Shown here in pieces: positions 57,684 to 64,000 of a stretch of 64,000 nucleotides of DNA. Below the pieces are notes generated by a model. The model was given only the letters and a program-made list of their open reading frames with translations, searched no databases and was not told where the DNA came from. Source of the stretch: Alphaproteobacteria bacterium (lineage in GTDB: Bacteria > Pseudomonadota > Alphaproteobacteria > UBA828); the NCBI GenBank assembly GCA_963667785.2, contig CAXXMU010000006.1, positions 1,088,001 through 1,152,000 of the forward strand, written 5' to 3'. The translations under genes and the position numbers were made by a program. The first letter of the stretch is position 1, and each line of letters begins with the position of its first letter.

Positions 57684-60239
57684 TCACCAGCGCAGGGAAC
57701 CGCGCAGCGTCAGACTGTGCTCGGGGTCATGATAACGGGCGCGCTCGCGCCTTGTGCCTTCGACGCTCAGCCCCGCGTCCGGCTCCAACTGCCAGCGCAT
57801 GCCGGCGCGCCACGATCGCGCGCCTTCCCCGGCGAGCCCAAGCCCCGCATAAGGCGTCACCACCCCGAGCACCGGCGCGGCGGCGAGACCGTAGCCGATC
57901 TCCGCATCCATGCGCCCGGCTGCACGGTAAGCCGGCCACGTTTCCCCCATGACCCCGGTCTCCCACAGCCGTCGGACGCCGCTGGCGGTCCGGCCCCAGG
58001 CCGGCTGCACGCTGAGCGCGAGACCCTCGCCCGTCGCGCTCGGGTCGATCCGCACCAGCCCGCTCACGCCCCACTCCTCGTGGTCGCCGCCGTGCGTCAA
58101 CAGCGTCCGAACCCGGCCCTCGAAGGTCAGTCCGGCCGCTGCGTCCGAATACCGCAGGCCGCCCCCGGCCTCGATACCGTTGCCGGTCTCGCCGTCGCCG
58201 CCGTCATTGCGCAGGCCGATCTTGACCGACGGCGTGAGCGTCCCTCCCGAGGAGAGATTCCGGGCGTGCGATCCCTCCAGCGCCAGCCGCTGACGGCTGA
58301 CGCTCAACGACATGCTCCTGAGGGTCGCCGCGCCATCGACTTCGGCCCGCGTGAAGGCTGCTTCGCCCTTGAGGGCGAGGCGTGTGATACCGCCCTCGAT
58401 CAGCTGATCGCTGGACACCAGGGGCTCGTTCGCGCCCGCCGCGAACATCTGCTGCGTCAGGGCGCTCGCTCCGGTCCCGTTCGCATCCTCGATCTCGATC
58501 TCGCCCGTGCCGGTGCCGACCGCGGCCCACAGGCTCATGCCGCCCGGCGTCTGCCAGCCCATATAGGGGTTGACGCTCGTCACGCTGGTCGTCACCTCAC
58601 CCGTCACCCCGTAAGAGTCGGTGTAGTCCACCGCGCTCGTCGACTGCGCCAGCGTCATGCCTGCCAGCACGTCTGCGCTCAGCCGGGTATCGAACCCGAG
58701 GCTGGCGCTCACCACGCTGCCGTCGTAGTCCACGGTCTCCGAGGTGCCGCCGGAGAAGCTGCGGTAGTCCCCGCTGCCCCAGAGCGTGAGGTTCCCGAAC
58801 AGGCCGCCGCCTCCGCCATCCGCCGCGTTGAGCGCGAGCGTGAAGGACGAGTTCGCGAGCAACCGGGTGAGATCGAAGGTGCCGTCCTCCAGCGCCTGCC
58901 CGTTTGCCATCACCGCATCGGAAAGCGTGGAGGCCCCGCCGAAGCTGAGTTCCGCATCCGCCGCGCTGCCGGAGGCTGCCCGCTCCACGCGGCTGGAGAT
59001 GGCATCGACCGTGCTCGCGGTCATGGCCCGCATGACCTGCGGCAGAACCGACTGGACAACCGTTTTCCGACTCGCGGCGACGACCTCCGGCGAGTTCAGG
59101 TAAAAGCCCGACCCGACGATGAAGTCCAGGTTGAACGCGGTTCCGTCATGCCTCCTGATCGGAACGTTGAACTGGCGGGCGTAGCCTACTTTCGGGACAT
59201 CGGCGCTGTCGCCCGGATCGGTGGGATCGTCGAAGTGATACACCAGGAAGCCCCCTTCCGGGCTGCTTTCCGCCGCTTCGATGACCTGCGGCAGGATGAG
59301 CTTTCCGGTAACGGCGTCCTGGGCCGTCGGCACCAGAGGACGATACTCGTATCTGTCCGGAAAGGCGCCGTGGAACCAGATGACATTGCTGGTGCGTTCC
59401 AATGCGTAGAGGTAAACCGAACCATGTTTCCAGGGCCCGTTCGGATCCCGCAAGGCGATCCTGGCCTTCGATATGGCGGCCGGATCGTTTTTCTCCAGGA
59501 CCGAGAAAAAATACTTTATCGATTCCGTGACGAAAGCCTTCAGGGTCTTCCGGTCCACCACATCCGCGGCGGTAATGGCCGGGTTGCCGAAATCGATCTC
59601 CTCTTCGACCAGGTGAGATTCGTCGATCTCGAACCCGGCGAGCATTATCGGGATCTGCGGGTTGGCCGCATACACGGCAGCATAGCCGGAGGCGCCCGGG
59701 ACATTGGGTACGTTGAACGACCCACCATTTCCGGCCGCGGCGGCGAAGGCGGCAAAAGCCGCAGCAGGGTCGGCAAGGCCGGCCGGATCGATTCCCAATG
59801 CCTGGAGGATCGCGCCGTAAATCGACGGGTCGAGCTTCCTGCCCGACAGCGCCATGGACTTCGCGTGTTCGAATACCCTGCCGTCGGGCGTCAGAAACAC
59901 AAGGTAGGTGGAACCGGAACGCCAGGGGCTTCCTTCCTCCCTGATGCGGCATTGAAGGTATGCCGCTCCTTCAAGAGTCTGGACTTCCTGGCCCAGGCTC
60001 ATATATCGATCCCGCGCGGCCAGAGCGAACTCCGTCAGGCTTGCGCTTCCGTCCTCCACCTGTTGCGCCGTCACGCGCGGAGGCGCGAGCGGAGCCATGC
60101 CGACAGGGAGCGGACAGGCTCCCTCCGCCTGCGCGAGGGCGGGGTTCGTGTTGGAAAAGGCGCCGACCATGACGAACAGACCGGCCACCAGAAGCGAGGA
60201 GATCCCCGCTTTCCATCGCGTGATATTCGTCGTGATCAT
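57684..60239 (-). CDS. Autotransporter with Cache-like passenger domains
   Basis: Signal peptide; two W..GS.Y(L/V)...H Cache-like repeats; barrel beginning LWGSGDY, with V.PY and terminal W. Confidence 0.75.
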   Translation of the reverse strand: MITTNITRWKAGISSLLVAGLFVMVGAFSNTNPALAQAEGACPLPVGMAPLAPPRVTAQQVEDGSASLTEFALAARDRYMSLGQEVQTLEGAAYLQCRIREEGSPWRSGSTYLVFLTPDGRVFEHAKSMALSGRKLDPSIYGAILQALGIDPAGLADPAAAFAAFAAAAGNGGSFNVPNVPGASGYAAVYAANPQIPIMLAGFEIDESHLVEEEIDFGNPAITAADVVDRKTLKAFVTESIKYFFSVLEKNDPAAISKARIALRDPNGPWKHGSVYLYALERTSNVIWFHGAFPDRYEYRPLVPTAQDAVTGKLILPQVIEAAESSPEGGFLVYHFDDPTDPGDSADVPKVGYARQFNVPIRRHDGTAFNLDFIVGSGFYLNSPEVVAASRKTVVQSVLPQVMRAMTASTVDAISSRVERAASGSAADAELSFGGASTLSDAVMANGQALEDGTFDLTRLLANSSFTLALNAADGGGGGLFGNLTLWGSGDYRSFSGGTSETVDYDGSVVSASLGFDTRLSADVLAGMTLAQSTSAVDYTDSYGVTGEVTTSVTSVNPYMGWQTPGGMSLWAAVGTGTGEIEIEDANGTGASALTQQMFAAGANEPLVSSDQLIEGGITRLALKGEAAFTRAEVDGAATLRSMSLSVSRQRLALEGSHARNLSSGGTLTPSVKIGLRNDGGDGETGNGIEAGGGLRYSDAAAGLTFEGRVRTLLTHGGDHEEWGVSGLVRIDPSATGEGLALSVQPAWGRTASGVRRLWETGVMGETWPAYRAAGRMDAEIGYGLAAAPVLGVVTPYAGLGLAGEGARSWRAGMRWQLEPDAGLSVEGTRRERARYHDPEHSLTLRGSLRW

Positions 60240-60499
60240 CGTGAACGCTCCTGATGTGGAACGGGCGCAGGCGATACAGTAGTGCCCGTATCGTCGCGGG
60301 GACAAGACCCTGCCGCAATCCCTTCGTTTCGATGGCGATCATCCCGCCTTTCGCGAAGCGCCCCTTGTGACAATTCCGCCACATCGCGCCCGGAAAACGC
60401 ACCGGCCAAGCCTTTCCCGATTGTCCGGCACCGGGCGCGGCGATAGCCTCCCCACAGTGCTATGCCGAAACGGCAAGCAACAACAAGAGGAGAGACGTT

Positions 60500-61519
60500 A
60501 TGCGGAAGGTTCTTCTCGGCACGACCGCCCTGGTCGCGGCCGCCGCTTTCGCCGGGATCGGCGTCGCGCAGGCCGACGACGAGATGGCGGCAGAGCCGAT
60601 CTCGATCAGCGTCGGCGGCTACTACACCGCCGCCATCATCAATGCCGACACCGGCGACGACAGCCGTGGTCACAGCATCCAGCAGAACAACGAGTTCAAC
60701 CTCGGCGGCTCGACCACGCTCGACAACGGCATGACCGCCGGCGTCCGTGCGCGGCTCACCACGAACGACTACGAGCACTCCGACGAGCGCGAGGTCTTCT
60801 TCAGCGGCGGCTTCGGTTCGATCCACCTCGGCAACATCGAGGGCGCGGCGCAGCAGAACGACACCTGGGTGCCGGGCAACAGCGCGGCGATCGGCGGCAT
60901 CAAGTCGCCGTGGTTCGGCGGCATCATGGGCGGCTGGACGACCAACGCCATCATGAACGAGGACTCCACCAAAATCGTGTACTTCGCGCCGAGCTTCAAC
61001 GGCATCGGCTTGGCGGTCAGCTATGCGCCGGAGAACTCGACCCAGTCCTACGCCAGCGACAGCACGGCCGACGGCCACAACTCCGAGCAGATGTCGGCTT
61101 CGCTGAGCTACTCGATGGATGTGGGCGGCGGCACCGTCAGCGCCAACGTCGGCACGGAGATGTACACGGCCGAAGCCGACGACATGGGCAATGTCGGCGA
61201 CGATCCCTCGGCGATGCGCTACGGCCTCGTGGTCAGCATCGACCAGATCGGGATCGGCGGCGCCATCCACGAGCAGGATATGGGTGCCACGACGAACACC
61301 TATTCGACGTATGGCATCTCCTGGTCCGAGGGCCCGCTGATGATCGGCGTCCAGTACGGCAGCAACGAGCAAGGCGAGGATTCGACGACCCAGACCGCGC
61401 TCAACCTCAACTACAACCTGGGCCCCGGCGTCGATCTCGGCGTGCAGGCTGCCAACATCGAGCCCGATGGCGGCGGCGGCTACTCGCAGATCCTGCTCGG
61501 CACCTGGTTCGCCTTCTAG
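60500..61519 (+). CDS. Alphaproteobacterial porin (copy B)
   Basis: Near-identical to 34842-35861, same length, opposite strand. Confidence 0.92.
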   Translation: MRKVLLGTTALVAAAAFAGIGVAQADDEMAAEPISISVGGYYTAAIINADTGDDSRGHSIQQNNEFNLGGSTTLDNGMTAGVRARLTTNDYEHSDEREVFFSGGFGSIHLGNIEGAAQQNDTWVPGNSAAIGGIKSPWFGGIMGGWTTNAIMNEDSTKIVYFAPSFNGIGLAVSYAPENSTQSYASDSTADGHNSEQMSASLSYSMDVGGGTVSANVGTEMYTAEADDMGNVGDDPSAMRYGLVVSIDQIGIGGAIHEQDMGATTNTYSTYGISWSEGPLMIGVQYGSNEQGEDSTTQTALNLNYNLGPGVDLGVQAANIEPDGGGGYSQILLGTWFAF

Positions 61520-61631
61520 CGATCCGCGAACGGCCGGGAAGGGGTGCGGGTTCAGTCCTCGCGAGGGACTCCGCACCGTCCCGTCCCAGGGGAAGCGTCA
61601 CCACCATGCAGGTGGCACCTCTCCGCTGCGC

Positions 61632-61668
61632 GGCCCCCGGGGCGACATCCCCGGGGGCCATTTTCTTT
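61632..61668 (+). terminator. Rho-independent terminator after porin B
   Basis: ggcccccgggg/ccccgggggcc stem followed by attttcttt. Confidence 0.75.
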
Positions 61669-61702
61669 CGTGCGCCGCGCATCGGCGCGAGGAGGCCCAC
61701 CG

Positions 61703-62461
61703 ATGAAGCATATCGCGATCCTGGCCCTCGGCCTCGCCGTGGTCCTGTCGGCCTGCGGCGGGGGCAGCTCAAAGGTCGTCTCCAAGCCCAATGACGACGA
61801 CGACCCTCCCTCGGTCGGCACCGACCCCCTTGAGGAGATCAACGAGCGCGTGCTCTCGGACGCGATCTTCGATCTCGATGACCGGCGCGTGCGGATGACA
61901 GAGTGGGAGTGCCGCGAGGACCTGTCGTTCATCTGCACCGCACGCCTCGGGCAGCTGGAGGCCTACGCCGATCCCCGCGGCGAGTTCACCTATGAGGTCC
62001 TCGGGGAATGGGAGCACCTGTACGTCGCCGGCGTCCACTACGACGACGGGGTGCTGTTCGCGGCCACCGCCGGCGTGAGGCACCCGGAAGCCAGCCTCCC
62101 CTCCGGCAGCGCCATGTGGACGGGGAACATGGTCGGCGTCCACCGCCCGCCGGAGACGCCGATGGACGAGCCCGGCCAGGTCGTGCGCGGCGGCGCGGAG
62201 ATCACCCTGGTCGACTTCCAGGACCCCGCCATCGACGTGGTGCTGAGCCCTGAATCGCTGGACGTGATGGAGTGGCGAGACATCCCGGTGAAGGACGGCA
62301 CGTTCTCCCAGGAAGGGGCGACGACGACGGATGCCCCGTGGCCGGGGCCGCCGAACCGGGCCGCCTACATCCAGGGCGTGTTCTACGGCCCCAACGCCGA
62401 GGAAGTGGGCGGGGTGTTCGAGGACGCGGGGATCGTCGGAGCCTTCGCGGCCGGCCGCTGA
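61703..62461 (+). CDS. TbpB-barrel-type surface lipoprotein
   Basis: Lipobox LSAC; AMWTGNMVG; GVFYGPNAEEVGGVF...VGAFAAGR. Confidence 0.82.
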   Translation: MKHIAILALGLAVVLSACGGGSSKVVSKPNDDDDPPSVGTDPLEEINERVLSDAIFDLDDRRVRMTEWECREDLSFICTARLGQLEAYADPRGEFTYEVLGEWEHLYVAGVHYDDGVLFAATAGVRHPEASLPSGSAMWTGNMVGVHRPPETPMDEPGQVVRGGAEITLVDFQDPAIDVVLSPESLDVMEWRDIPVKDGTFSQEGATTTDAPWPGPPNRAAYIQGVFYGPNAEEVGGVFEDAGIVGAFAAGR

Positions 62462-62489
62462 AGACAGCTGGCGGGCGAGATCGGGGGAG

Positions 62490-62783
62490 TCAGTCCCCGG
62501 CCGGCGCGGCGGCCGCCTCGATCGCGGCCTCCCTCGCCCGCCAATTCATCGTCTCTTCGCGGCACCCCTGCCACGCCTCGGCGCACTTCGCATGGGCGTT
62601 CACCGCCTGGCGGGGCGTCTCGGGGCGCTCGAGCGGGCAGGTGTCCGTCGCCCGCGCCATGCAGGTCACCGGCGGGCGATCGGGCGAGGGAGCCTGGATG
62701 ACGGTCGTGCGGTCGCCGCCGCCGAGGCCGCAGCCGGCGAGGGCCAGGATCGCGATGCAGGATATGCAGATTGATTTCTGCAT
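62490..62783 (-). CDS. Putative o-spanin (Rz1-like lipoprotein)
   Basis: Lipobox LAGC, Pro/Cys-rich, last gene after the endolysin. Confidence 0.6.
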   Translation of the reverse strand: MQKSICISCIAILALAGCGLGGGDRTTVIQAPSPDRPPVTCMARATDTCPLERPETPRQAVNAHAKCAEAWQGCREETMNWRAREAAIEAAAAPAGD

Positions 62784-62794
62784 CGTGCGGGAAA

Positions 62795-63157
62795 CTATCC
62801 TGCGTCGGCCGGCGGCCAGGGGAGCGGGCTGTCCCAGGTGCAACGTCCCGCTTCCGGCACCTCGTCTGCCTCGCTCTGCGGCGGCGCGGGAGCGAGGCTG
62901 AGCTCGTCGACCTGGGCCCGCAGCGCGGCGGTCTGCTCGCGCTCGTCGGCCAGGTCCGCGCTCACCCGGGCGTAGGCTGCCCGCGTCCCCTTCTGTGCCT
63001 CGTGGCCGGTCTCGATCGTGGCGCGGAGGTTGCGCGCCTCGGCATCCTCGGCGCCCTCCTGGTAGACGCATTCGTACAGGCTGCCCACGGCGGCCAGAAG
63101 CACCCCGCCGATCAGAGCGAACTTCAGGAGGCCGAGGCTGGCGCCGAAGCCGAGCAT
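62795..63157 (-). CDS. Putative i-spanin (Rz-like)
   Basis: N-terminal TM plus coiled coil, directly downstream of the endolysin. Confidence 0.6.
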   Translation of the reverse strand: MLGFGASLGLLKFALIGGVLLAAVGSLYECVYQEGAEDAEARNLRATIETGHEAQKGTRAAYARVSADLADEREQTAALRAQVDELSLAPAPPQSEADEVPEAGRCTWDSPLPWPPADAG

Positions 63158-63879
63158 CACTGGCACACCGCCGGCTTGAGCTCGGGCAGGGGCACGTCGT
63201 CGTTCGCCGGATCGGGCGGGAAGCCTGTGAAGCGGCTGATCCGCTTCACATATCCCCGCGTCTCGTCCGCGTGCCGGCCCGTGCACAGGTGGAGCGAGGG
63301 CTCGATGCCGTTCCAGAGCAGCGCCCCCTGCGCCCGGCGCTGACCGCAGAGGATGCTGCCGAGGCCGGCGTTGTAGCTGGCCCAGGCCAACCGGAAGCCC
63401 TCGGCCTCGGGCCGCGGCGACGACCACTGCTTCCGCAGCCCGATCATGTAGACGGCCTGCGCCTCGACGGAATCCCTCGCGTCGAAGGGATCCAGCCTGC
63501 GGCCGAGCTTCCGCGCCACCTCGGCGAGGGTCGGGTCCATGAACTGCGTGAGTCCCTTCGCGCCGACCGGCGACGTCGCCCGTGGCTTCAGGCCGCTCTC
63601 AGCCGCCGCCTGCGCTTTCAGCCAGCACCAGTTGCGCTCGATCGGTGCCGGCCAGTGCTTCGACGCGGCACGGCGGAACAGGTCGTCGAACTGGCGGTTG
63701 CTCCGGTAGACGGCCGGGAGGTTCGGGCAGTCGCCCTGCGGCACCACGAGCGGCGAGCGGTTGGGGCTCTCGAGGGCATTCGCGTCCGGCGGCCATATGA
63801 ACAGAGCCGCCACAAAGGCGGTGGCCACGATCAAGAGCATGACGCCCGCCATCCGCACCAATTCCCCCGGAGTGCTCAT
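63157..63879 (-). CDS. Phage endolysin, SLT lytic transglycosylase with N-terminal TM
   Basis: Motifs AES, SPVGAKGLTQFM, ASYNAGLG and ETRGYV. Confidence 0.85.
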   Translation of the reverse strand: MSTPGELVRMAGVMLLIVATAFVAALFIWPPDANALESPNRSPLVVPQGDCPNLPAVYRSNRQFDDLFRRAASKHWPAPIERNWCWLKAQAAAESGLKPRATSPVGAKGLTQFMDPTLAEVARKLGRRLDPFDARDSVEAQAVYMIGLRKQWSSPRPEAEGFRLAWASYNAGLGSILCGQRRAQGALLWNGIEPSLHLCTGRHADETRGYVKRISRFTGFPPDPANDDVPLPELKPAVCQ

Positions 63880-63885
63880 GGTAGC

Positions 63886-64000
63886 CTACCCGTGCGGCGT
63901 GGCGAGGCTCGCGATCACCATGTAGACGCCGATGATGTAGGCCGCAGTCGGCAGCGCGCCGGCGAGCAGGACCAGGCCGGCCTGCTTCTCCGCGTCGCGC
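63886..64000 (-). CDS. Partial membrane protein upstream of the endolysin (holin candidate)
   Basis: Translated manually: ...RDAEKQAGLVLLAGALPTAAYIIGVYMVIASLATPHG*. Confidence 0.4.
   Translation of the reverse strand, partial: RDAEKQAGLVLLAGALPTAAYIIGVYMVIASLATPHG

Overview
High-GC DNA from an alphaproteobacterium, probably Rhodospirillales-like; the taxonomy is inferred from protein families. Bases 1-36 kb are mostly catabolism and transport: a CoxMSL-like molybdenum hydroxylase, ampG, creatinase, a Dpp-type ABC/amidase/pyroglutamyl-peptidase cassette flanked by ~300-bp direct repeats, a Pot-type ABC transporter, tRNA-Arg, a four-component corrinoid methyl-transfer cluster and dgcN/dgcA. 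Bases 35-64 kb form a surface and defence island bracketed by two near-identical, inverted porin genes. It holds a Slam translocator, four TbpB-barrel-type lipoproteins, decayed phage genes, a DNA methylase-HNH fusion and a Cache-domain autotransporter. It also holds a type II-C CRISPR-Cas9 locus (tracrRNA, cas9, cas1, cas2, 12 repeats/11 spacers), and a phage lysis cassette lies at the right edge. The middle of cas9 (47.0-48.4 kb) is interleaved base by base with the upstream 45.4-46.5 kb sequence, which points to a consensus artefact from strains with and without the CRISPR cassette rather than true decay. The best novelty candidates are a duplicated [lipoprotein - three-stem structured RNA - small membrane peptide] unit with poly-G tracts, a solitary type I-E repeat mimic at the phage boundary, the porin-bracketed island architecture and the Cache-passenger autotransporter. 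No database searches were run.
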